Part shown: positions 39,501-51,500 of the stretch, piece by piece | Layout of the letters: every line of letters begins with the position of its first letter | Numbering within the stretch: position 1 is the first letter of the stretch | Source: Hydrolagus colliei | Taxonomy: Eukaryota | Direction: 5' to 3' | NCBI GenBank assembly: GCA_035084275.1 | Contig: CM068747.1 | Span: forward strand, 2,976,001 to 3,040,000 | DNA length: 64,000 nucleotides | Made by a program: the position numbers and the translations under genes | The notes under the pieces: model-generated | Told to the model about the DNA's origin: nothing | Database searches by the model: none | The model's input: only the letters and a program-made list of their open reading frames with translations

Positions 39501-42500
39501 CAGGTCTCGAAGCAATAACATCGCGACATGTTGATCTGGAGAGCAAATGTTCGCCAACTGCCCTTTTCAACAAAACAATAATAATTTGGTCACTCAATCC
39601 ACGACTTTGTGAGACGTTGCTGTCCGCAATTGGCTGCTGTGTTTTGCCCACAAGTATACAGTCAATTCACAGTACTGTATATTCTGTAAAGCACTGAGAC
39701 ATTTAGAAGATGTGAAATGCTATATCGAATGCAACAATTATTATCATTATCATGTTTTCCGGGAATCTCCATTTTCCGCAATTAAAAAGGTAGGTATGAA
39801 ACATACGCTCTTAGATAATTCTTCACCTATGAGAATGCACACGGTGACAGCATTCTCTCCCCTTCTTTTCTCCAAGTGTTCATTCCAGTTGTAAAGAAGC
39901 TCTCCATAACAGCATAACTAATACGGTGTTGGCAACTCAAGAATCATTACATTTGTGTCCTGCCTCTCCAAAGAATCACATGTTTGTATTCCAAACGTAT
40001 TGCACAACCTACCCACATTATAATTTTTTTTAAGACGCCATTGCTCACTCAGAATCAATACTGCCTTTTAGATTTGTAAGCAGACTGAGATACCTCCACT
40101 ATCTGTTCATTTGACTACAATTCCACAAATTTAGTTTCCTGCATCTTCCTTTAAACCTTCACAAAAAAAGCAAATTCAAAGCAAGTTTTAACTTTCTTAA
40201 AAAAAAGTCAGGCTGCCTTAACAATCCTGACCCATATCAGGATGAGATTACAGGTATGTCCAAACATGTTAAATCAATAAAGTTTCGGCAGGTTGCCTCA
40301 TTGCGATCACCTAATTTTCAATCCATTTCTGATTTACCTTTCTACTCTCAGCAAATTTTAAAGTAATCACTGTATTTAGAGCAAAATACTTTTACAATCC
40401 AGATTATTCCCTGATTGTGTAGAAGCGAAGATTGCTGGAGTGACCCTAAACTCTTTAGTGCAGACTCATCCTTGGGCTCGTCAGTGAGGTGGTGTGTTAA
40501 GTTTATGATAGGAATCTTTTTTTAGTTTAGCTCTGTTGTGATCCATTGATGAGTGAAACATAAAAAGTTGGTTGAGACATGTGTTCTGTTTCATCTTCCA
40601 TAAATCTTTCACAAACACAGAATACCATCAAAATTTGAACTGAATTCTAGTTCCATTCAAAGAGTTTCAATTGAAGGTGAAAGGATACCCAATAAAAGTT
40701 GATTCCACTCTCCCGGGAAAAAAAAGGGAAAACTCAGAACAATTTTGGTTTGAAAAAAAAACCAATGGACAAATACTGTACTTGTTGGTTCATGTGGTAT
40801 GGTCCTGTATACATGGACAGGTAATATATATCTGAATACTCTCAGTATTAAGATTTAATTTCCGTCGTATGTGGTGAGAAAGATTGGCAACTTACTTTGC
40901 AAAATCTCTTCTGCTTCATCCTGAATCTGTTCAGTGTCACTGTCGTCAAACTTGATATCTTTAAACCATGATGGTTCAGAATTTCCTTCCACTGAATTCA
41001 CAGAATCGCTGTCTGGTGAAGGAGTTTCAGAAAACTCTGTATTCTGCAATAGACAATTTAAAAAAAAATCACATTAATTATAAAAGATAATTGTCATGGA
41101 AAACATACAAATTTAAGGACTTGGGATGATAATAATAATAATCCTTGCATTTGATATGGCGCTTTTCACATCTTATCCATGTCTCAAAGCGCTTCACAGA
41201 ATATACTGTAAAGTGACTTGACTGTATATTTGTGAGCGAAACTCGGCAGCCAATTGCTCAAAGCAGTGTCCCACAAACAGTGGGTGGATTGAAATGACCA
41301 ATTTTTATTATTGTGTGGTTTCCTTTGGAGGGATTAATTATCATTAGGCTTATGTCCCCTCAATATGAATGGTGCTATATAAATGTATCTGTATTGTGTT
41401 GAGAACCCTATAATAATAATCCTTGCACCATTTGATATAGTGCCTTATTGTGTTGTAAGACATCAGTCTCTAAGTACTTCACAGGATATACTGAAAAGTG
41501 ATTTGATTGTATTTTGTGGGCGAAATGCCAGCTGTAATTCAGCAATGTAGATACTTTAGAATTAGAATGATCTTGAAAGACAGGTTACAAAATTTCACTG
41601 CAGGTAGCAACCTCCCCTCGTGCCTCTTCCCCCGTTCCCCCTTATAACCACAATTGAAAGATAGAGTAGAAAGTAACTCATAGTTGACAAATAAAATATG
41701 CATTTCTGTGTAGTTTGGCTTTAAAAATATGAATTGAGTTTTTCACTGCAAATTACAAATGTTCCTGTACAATAAAGTCTACAATAAATCTGAGATGTTT
41801 CAGCGATATGATCACATGCAAGGATTATTATTTATTACCTTTATAAAGGTGAATCAAAAGCTTGGTTGCAGAATCATTTGAATTTTGTTTGCCTTCAGCA
41901 AACCTCATCACAGTCTTGCAAAACAATACCTAGATTATACACAATCTGCTGCGTTAATACATGGCGACATGACTCAATGGGAGCACACTCTGCCACAGTA
42001 CTTTAGCCCAATCAGGCACTGGATAGAGTGAACTTTAATTCAACTGGCACGTCTCACATAATCAAAGATACAGAAAGCAACATATGAAAATGCTGATCGA
42101 CAAGTGAAATTCCCACCACTCTTTCCTGAAGCTGTGTACGTACGTCAGGCTTATATGATTCAAACACTCATAAATATATATATTTTTGAAACATGCTTGA
42201 TTTCTGAATTCTGATTTAATCCCTTATCATGTTTAATTGGACATATAATTTGGTTGTCTTAATGAAGTGGAGCAAAAGTTGACATTGAAGGGGAATAAAA
42301 ATCAACCAGGGTTTCCCTCTCCTGACTGCAAATCAGAAATCCTCTGCTGGAGATGTTGGGATTGGGTTTGACTGCAATAGCCCGAATGGATGAGTAACCT
42401 CATGTTGTCTCACTCGACTGAGATAACATTCAGTGTTTCCTGGCTGTTAACTGCGACCCTAGCATAGACCTTCAGCAGAGGAGTAGAAAAATAATAAATA

Positions 42501-45500
42501 AATTAAAATGTTAACAGTTTTTAATTGACCTTAGCTGCATTTGAGGGTTTCTCGCCCACAAAATACACAGTCAATGCACTTCACAGTATATTTTGTGAAA
42601 ACCCTTAAGACATTACAACAACATGATCAGTTGCTATATAAAATACCACCACAACTTGCACTTATAGAACCGTGTCTCAGTTCGTAACGGGCAGTGTAGT
42701 ATTTACCTGCAAAGGCCTATATAAGGCATACTCGTCTCTGAATAGCTGATCGTGATGGGTTCCACAGTCAAACCATCGTCCATCCACTAAGGCCTGTCCA
42801 ATGGCAATTGCCTGAGCTCTGAAAATAATGGTGGGATCACAGATTACTAAATATTTAGTATATTTAAAACACAATGAATAATTATGAAACTGCAGTGCAC
42901 ATCCTTGAGATACAGGTACATCATTGAGCCTCTCCTGTGCAAGAACCAAATTCTAGAAACATCTCTATGAATTGGCCAATTCAAACAAAGTAAGGATGTT
43001 GTACATTCCATTCCCCACAAACTGCTCTGGTCATGCTCATGAAATATGATAAACATACCGTAGGATTTTAGAATTGGGAGAAGTCTGATTATTTTTAATA
43101 TTTTAATTCCAAATCATTATTGTTTAATCATATACGAAAGGCTATAGATTTGTTAAAGTGGAAGACAATATCACACATATGCTAACAAACCGCTAAAATT
43201 ACCACAGTTGGCACTGGGTAGATGCCTTGCAACACATTGTTTCTTAAATTCCAGTGGCACAAACCAAAGAAAATTTAATTAAATTAATGTGAACCAATTC
43301 ACCCCAAATAAAGGTGGTGGTGGGGGGGGGGGGGGGGGAGGGAAGGATAGAAAAGAAAAAAGGAAGTCCTTCTTTGCGCTGTTCTAGAGCCTTACAACAC
43401 AATTATAGGCAGGAGAATAAAATCTAGAAACAGAACTTCGGAATGGAGAAACCTGCCTGAATGATAAAGCTATTAATATTCAAGATGATTTGGCAGAGCA
43501 ACAATAAGCTACAACAAAGAAAACTGCAACCATTAACTAAATTTATGACGTGGCATGTCTGGAAGAGGTTCTTGATGAGATTACATCACAGGAATATCAT
43601 AAATATCCTGGAAAAATAAAACTAAAATCATAAACACACTTATGTTGCCTTTGTGGCTATTTGACTATGTATTGCCACTGATGTTACAAAAGTGCCCTTC
43701 AAATACATTTTGCTCCCTCCCTCTCTAAACATTTTTGTTAGTTACCGTGTAGATACATGTCCATTTCGTATCAGCCAGTTTACAAGTTCCTTTCCCACTA
43801 TGCAATTTGGATATGTTCGCAGCCAGTACCGGTGATCCTGAAACTCCATGCCAGTACTATGGTGACAGATTTTCTTCCATAGGTCTTTCAATTGCACTGA
43901 ATCCTAAAATACATTTTAGAAATATAAGATCTACTTTGTATAGCAAACACATCTCAGAAAAGCAAACATTAAGTACACAGATGGGGTAGTGCACTAATGC
44001 ACTATGCCCCTGAGTAAGTTAACACCTGCAAAGTAAATGAAAATAACCACATAGGAGTACAAATGAATTCCTCACCATAGCTAGGTTTTCGGAAGACCAG
44101 CAGAGCAGACATTAAGTTAAAAAGTGGTGCTGAATACATGTATCTCAGGAACTGAAGTAAATGAAAATAACCCCAGAAAGGTACAAATGAATTCCTCTTC
44201 TGTATTCCTTTCCCTTATCACATAATAATATAAAAATCCCTTGCCTTTAAAACAGCGCTTTGTCACGTTGTCAAGTCACAAAGAATTTCACAGAATATAC
44301 CGTTAAATGTTTTTTTGTGGGTGAAACGGGGTAGCAAGTTGCGCACAGTAATGTCCCACAAATAGCCATGGAGTGAGTGACCAATTTTAGTTGGGGATTG
44401 TTGGCCAAGACACTGGGAGAAAATCCTTTCTCCTTTCAAACAGTGCAGTGGGAATGTTAACATTCACCTGAGCAAGCAGATGGGACCTTGGTTTAACATC
44501 TTTGCTGAAAGACTGCACCTCTACCATGCAGCACACCCACATCGCTGGAATGTCATATCAGACTGTGTGATTTCAAGTCCTGACGTGGAACTTGAACCCA
44601 CAATCTTGTGACTCAGAGGCACTAGGCCAAGCTGACAATTGAAGAATATTTCAGAAAATACAAAATTGAGGTTGTAGCAATACCAGAAGAATTTTTCTTT
44701 CATCTTCATTTGGGTCTGTCTTCACATATGCCCGAGAAGCCTGAGGACTGATGGAGGTGTCATATGAAGGAACCATGGGTGAAGCAGATCGGTCTAGAGA
44801 TAGATTGGTAATGCTTGCGGATCTGTCAAAAATCAATGAAAATGTAAAAGTCAACAAAACAAAAAGTATTAACAAGGTAATAGAAGGTTAGCTACATAGC
44901 AAAATCCTTTATATATGAATCAGATCAAGCCTAACTAACTGATAGAGCACTGCAAGAGCATCATCCTCTTAAAAGCAGTCACCTCTTTCCCCAAGAGGAA
45001 CAAAAGAAAACCTGATTTAAAGCACAAGGCTGCTTATCAACCGCAATTGGCATATATCAATCAGCACCAGTTAAGCAAGCTAAAGAGTGAAATCAGGTGA
45101 TATTGTTTATGGACAAAGTTGCCATGTAAGGACTCTGTAAGGTAGATTATGTTATTTTCTCTTTTGCTGCACATATCACCAGGATACTGAGTGGGTGGGG
45201 GTTTTTTTTCCAGTCAAAACGCTGTCCAAAAATCAAATTAACTTTACCAGTGAAATCAAGATGTGTATTACAAAATAAAGTAAATTAATTGTCCAGATGA
45301 ATTTCTCCAAGGTAAGGCTAATATAGTTATGTAAAGAGCTGAAAAATGTTATTTCAAATTCCCAAATGGTTTTCTCAACTGAAGGTATGCACAAAGTCCA
45401 GAAATAGCACAAGGATCCTTTAGTAGGTAGATAGTGCATTTACAGAAAATAAATGGCAAATGACTGGCAGTCCAGTTTACACTGAAAGAATGTCCCATAA

Positions 45501-48500
45501 ACTCCCCCTCTTTCTTTAATATATGTAAAGCAGCAACAGAACAGATACTATAATCCAATTCCAAGAAAAATATTCACAATGAGAACAATGATCCTATCAT
45601 AGCTTTCCCAGCTCAGGGTAATTTCCAAACATATTTAATATGGACAGCTATCAAATTCTATGGACCTACCAAATTCCACCTTGTCTGAGCCTGTAAGACC
45701 ATTTTGTGCAGAATTGTGGAAAAAAGAATAGTTTCTGGCTACAGCTAGATGGAATTTCAGATCTCAGAATTTCTTTTGACAGAAAATGTGAGAGTCTTTG
45801 TCTTTGAGGCTCAAACCAATTTTTACACAATGTTCCTTTGATTTTTTTTAAATAAAAACGTAAATTTTGTTTTAAAGCCCAATTGACATGGAAAAGCCAA
45901 AACAAAGTTTAGCAAAGTAGAATAAGGACTTCATTAAAACATTTCAAAAATACCTTTTGCGTGCTGGTGACTTTCCTGGATCCTCCTGTACAGAGGTGAG
46001 ACGTTTGGTCAAAGTATTGTTCTGTGAATCCTGGTGACCTAAGCTAATTGAGGAAAAAAGATTACATAATCAATTCTCAAATATTGACCTTAACTACAAT
46101 GTTTAAAATTGAACGATTGGGTTACCCACTAAAAAGCATATCTACTTTGCAACTATTTGGTAAAAATTAAAAAGGTTCAGCAAAATCTAAGGTGAATTTC
46201 ATTCCTCAAAATAAAACATTCTTTCCATTTCAAAATGCAATTATTATTAATATTATCTGACCTATCATCAGTCAAGATTGATCAAGTTACTTGAATTGTT
46301 GAATGTTAAAAGTCTTTATATAGTCTCTTACTTCTGATAAGAAACAATGATTGTTAAGGAGTAGCAACAAATGATCTAGCAACTTATTTACTTTATCCAT
46401 CATGAGAAGGTTGATGAACTAATTCAGTCCTCTGTAACTTCACCATAAACACAATTTTGGATATTAATAGTAAAATTAAAGCATAATTGACATCAATATG
46501 TTATCGCTTTTAACACAAGACTACCTGTTGCTTTCCGTAGCCGTGTTCACTTCATAAAAAGTAAATGGTTTTACTTATTGTCCCTTGGGTGGTATGTTGG
46601 ATTGTTACTAACGCAATGCCTTTTATTTTAATTGGTATTAAAGCTTGTTATAACTCCACCAGCTGATTTGATATGATGAAACATAGTGAACAAAAGTCAA
46701 CTGAAACCATTTTAGCTTTGTACAAACTTAATTTGGCCTATTTTTACCTCTAATCCTTCAGCGTGTTTTTTTATGGAATATAAATGTTAGAACATGCTAA
46801 TAAAATTTAATGTGCATCATTTGTAATCCCAGAAGAGTAACTCCAGCTGCAATAACAACTTTTTTTTGTAACTTTAACAAAAATATCCCTAAGGTTTAAA
46901 ACGGCAACAATAAAATCACATTTTTGGAGCGCCTTTAACATCGGGAGGATGTCCCAAAGCTCTGAACAGTCAAGTCGGGACCCAAGCAAGGGAGAGGAGC
47001 AGGGTGGGGGGAATGTGGGAGTTAGGAAGGGAAAGAGTTGAGAGGGCAGCAGAAGTCACTGTCAAAGAGGAAGGTCTTTAAGCAGGCGAGGGAGGGAGAG
47101 AGGCGAAAGGACTGTGGAATGGTTCCAGAGTATGGGGGCAGAGGCTGAAAGCCCGTCTGCCAATGATGGGGCGGGTACGGCGGGGGACATGGAGTAGGCC
47201 GGAACCCTCTGAACAGAGAGGGCGGGGAGGTTCGTAGGGGGACAGCATGTCAGAGAGGTGGGGAGGGGGCAATACCGTGAATGGCCTTGAAAGTGAGGAC
47301 AAGGAGGATCTTGAATTCGAGCAAGGTCATCAACCGATTCCTAATTTGTGGGTTAGTTAGTGCTGTGGACAAGGTTGCTGCAGTCTAAATTCATAGATAA
47401 CCCAGATTATCAGCAGAGTTAAAAAGATCAACCATCAATCTTCTGGAATCCGAACTCAGTGAAAACAAAGATCTCTCAAATTGTGTTTTTCATACCTCTG
47501 CCATGCAAGATTTTCTTCCAAAAATATATTTCTACTGGCTTTCCTTCCACCCACAGGAGTTCTAGGTTCACTAGGTTCCAATAAGGATACAGAACATGTA
47601 GAGTCCGTCAGAACATTCAGATCTTCACCAATAGAGCTACTGTCTGTAGAGTGTGCATAGTTCAGAGCTATTTTACGACAATAAGTGCAGGCTCGTAGAT
47701 CCCCTGGAGAGACAGAACAGAGACCTACCATTACAACTTATAGCACAACATAAACAGCTCAGGGCATTTGTGGGAATTTAGCTTCTTAATAAGCAGTTCT
47801 AAGCCTTAAATAATTATACTGTTGTTTAAATAGTATGCTTCAAGATATTATTACATTTGATGTTAAGCCACAACATTGAAACATGTTATATACACAGGAT
47901 TAATTACCCTGAAAAATAGCTCACATACGATTTTACATAAGCATTGTTTTTCTCACAAGATATTTGTAAATAATTTAATGAACTACAGTGACAATATTAT
48001 TTTTATAATATAAAATATATTATATACAATACATAGAGTAATACATAAAGAGATTACTAAAAGTTGTACTTCCTTCATCTATACACTAGAAAATGTTGTG
48101 TTAAAATACAGTAAGAACAATAGCATCCAGAGGAGCATCATTGACACCATTAAAAGTGCTAAACCAAATGACACTTCCTTATATTTTTAGTACAATACAT
48201 CATTATGCACTGCACCATCCGTCATATAAACACTGCAAATTAGATTACAGTATATCCAAATGTTTTCCCAAACCATTTCAATGATATGTACTGAGTGAAG
48301 TCCTGTAGCTCAGTGGTTAGAACACTCGCCTCACAAGTGAGAAACCTGGGTTCAATTCCAGGCAGGGTGAAACTTTGGGCAAGTTTCCTTACTTTACACA
48401 CCTAATACAGTAAAAGCCCATTTATCCGGTACCCTCAGGACCTGGCCAATGCAGGTTAAAGCATGTGCCCGATATTCGGCCGAAAACACACACATAAAAA

Positions 48501-51500
48501 ATGCATTTTTCCGGATAAATTCTGGTTAATTGAATGCGGATCTTTTTTTTGAGGCCAGTTATACGGAAGTTACTGTTGTTCGGATCACGGATAAATGGGC
48601 TTTTACTGTAGTAATACCTCAAAGACAATAACAAAATTGGTCATTTTCAATCCATGACTGTTTGTGGGATACTGCTGTGCGCAATTGGCTGCCGCGTTTT
48701 ACCCACAAATATACAGTCAATTCACTTTACAGTATATTGTGAAGCGCTTTAAGAAATCTAGAAGACGTGAAAAGCGCTATATCAAATGCAAGGATTATTA
48801 TTATCATTGTATTATCTGTATTATTCAGCTAGCATGACTTGCTCAATCAGTAAATCCTTGACATAGATGTAAATAACATCATGTTTACGTTTGCTTTATT
48901 ATCTACGTACCAGCATAACCCATGAATTTTCCAGGAATTTCTTGATTGCAACATCGGCTGCAGAATATCTGTCCGCACAATCGACAGTGGTGCCGGCGTC
49001 TGAATGTAGTAAATTTCTCATTGCAGTCGTAACACTCTTTACACTGGCTGTCTGGCATCCAGTACTGTTTCAAGTCAGTATCCTGAATTATAAAACACGA
49101 GTCAATAACACTTTAGGATTCAGCAGCTCTTAACTATTTTACTGGAAATCCAACATTTAATCCCAATAATTAGGTTCTCTATTTGTAAGAAAAAATATTT
49201 TAGAGGTTCTGTATTCTACACACATTCCTTCTGGAAGGTAATACAGTTGCAATATACAGTAAAAGTCTGTTTATCCGTGACCCGATCAACCATAACTTAC
49301 GTATAACCGGCACCGCAAAAAAAGGTCTGCATTCGATTAACCTGAATTCTTTCAGAAAAATGCATTTTTTTTTAAAACAAAATTTTGTGTGTTTTCGTCC
49401 GAATATCCGGCATGCGCTTTAAGCGGCATCGGCCAGATCCCAAGGGTGATGAATAAACAAGCTTTTACTGTACCCCAGAAGTTATATTGGAAAACAAATT
49501 CCCGTATGTCCCTTATGTCACTGTAATGACAAAAAACTGATGTGTAACATGACTATGCATTTACCATTAGGAAGTGTTAAAATTGCACCACTGACAAGAT
49601 ACGATTTGCACGCTTTCAATTAGCATTACTTGACCTATTTTTCCTTGGTATTTAACAAACTGTACAAGAATTTTTTTTTAAATGGCTGAATTATCTTTTC
49701 TATTTAAACATTTGCTAGGTATAATAACTGTGTCATCGACTAAAGTAAACCATAAACCTAATAACCAAATATTATATATTCTCTTTTTAAATAAATAGTA
49801 ACACTGTCATAGTTAAACTGACAAATAATACAGATTCTAACTTATCGAAGGTCTTTATGAACGTTTAATTTTGGACATCAGTTAGCATTGCATCAATAGC
49901 AAGGAAAAGCAACACCGAATTGAAGAGACAGATTCAGCATTTTAAGCTTTTGAACAAAGGCTAAAAAATGTATTTAACAAAGGCCAGTTTTCATAAATAA
50001 CGTGAACTGTGTGAGAGGGTTTTATAAAATTAACTTGGTGTTTGCGTATATATACTATACCTGGCTTCTTCCCTCCATTATTTCTTTCAGTCGTTTTAGA
50101 ACTGTGGTAAGGCTTCTCAGTTGCACTGCTGTTCGAGGGTCATGACCCCCCATAGACACATCTGGTTTACGATGAACGTCTTATTAAAAAATAGATACCA
50201 ATGGAAGAAATTATTTTTCATTAAACTTAAAATTGTACCACCTTTCATTTTGTAAGATATTACAACACATTTAGGTACCAAAATGTATATGTTATTACTT
50301 TAGAAGGTCCTGCACTGAGTGAGTAAACATGCTTAAAAATGATGCATTTCACAGTCTCCCTCTGTGCCGCATTTACTATTCCCTGGACAAGAGGGTAGAC
50401 TGGCCGCATGGTCATGACGTACATGACAATGTCAGGTAAGAATATTTTCTGTATAGCTGATGATTAATGCAAGTATTGTTTTTGAAAGACAATATTGGAA
50501 ACAATTCTGATGCAGAAATTGTTGCAGTGCAAAAGACATAACAGGAGAAAAATAAAATACATCATTCTTATTGGGCTTTTAAATAGTCTTATACCAGGAC
50601 ATTTAAACATTGTGCAGTGGTTATTATGTAACAAATATTAAAATAATGAAATTCCCAAGTACTTTTATTGTTATCTGTACCTTGAGATTTGGCTATTGAT
50701 GCACTGGATGCTCTCCGTAGATTTTCCCCGATGTGCTGTTTTTTGTAGGTTGGAGATGTTCTTAAGGAATATGTTCTGCTATCCTGTTGAGAGCTGGACC
50801 AGTTTACTCCTGTAATCTGCTGATTGTTCTGTGGGGACTCTGATCTATAAAGGTTGGATCTACCTTCATCTGGGTGTGGAGAAAGGGATAGGGTGGGAAA
50901 GAAGAAAGTGAAACGCATATATACTTTAGCCTTAATACTAAAAGAGCTTACATTTCATAACAGATTCAAATCTATTTCTATCATGTAAGCATTCTGCACT
51001 CCTGATTCTAGCTTCAAGAACCCATATAATTATACCTAACCATTAAGGCTGAATGAAGCATCTTTAAGGTACACCCATCAGTGCCGATCCTGTTTCAGTC
51101 ACTGGAAAGTCTTGAGTAATTCAGCTTCCCAGATTTTTGTTCTTGAACAGTCCTCTGCTTTATTCGGTGCTGTAACAAGGTGGCTGAAATTCATGGCTCA
51201 TCATTTCAGAGGAAGGGGTAAAACTCATCGGTTTAATTTGCGTTTTCTCAGTCGCTGATTCAGCACATTAACTTACTGGCACTGTCATTCTGCGCTGATC
51301 ATACTAGTTAAATTCGCATGTACAGTACAGCATAATCTGAGACGTCCTCTCAACATGATGTTATATCAAATGTAAGGATTATAACTAATAATGCAAAATT
51401 GATGCAAAATCTCTCAGGATATTTCAGAAAAATATGCATTTCTTACCTTTGCTGAAACGGAAAAGGCTTACAAAGGAGCTGTATGCTGACTTGAAGGGAG

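Noticed and set aside
38691-40712. Shared 25-mer CCCAATAAA(A/G)(G/T)TTGATTCCACTCTC at about 38691 and 40688
   Set aside because: Too short to interpret; probably an old repeat fragment.
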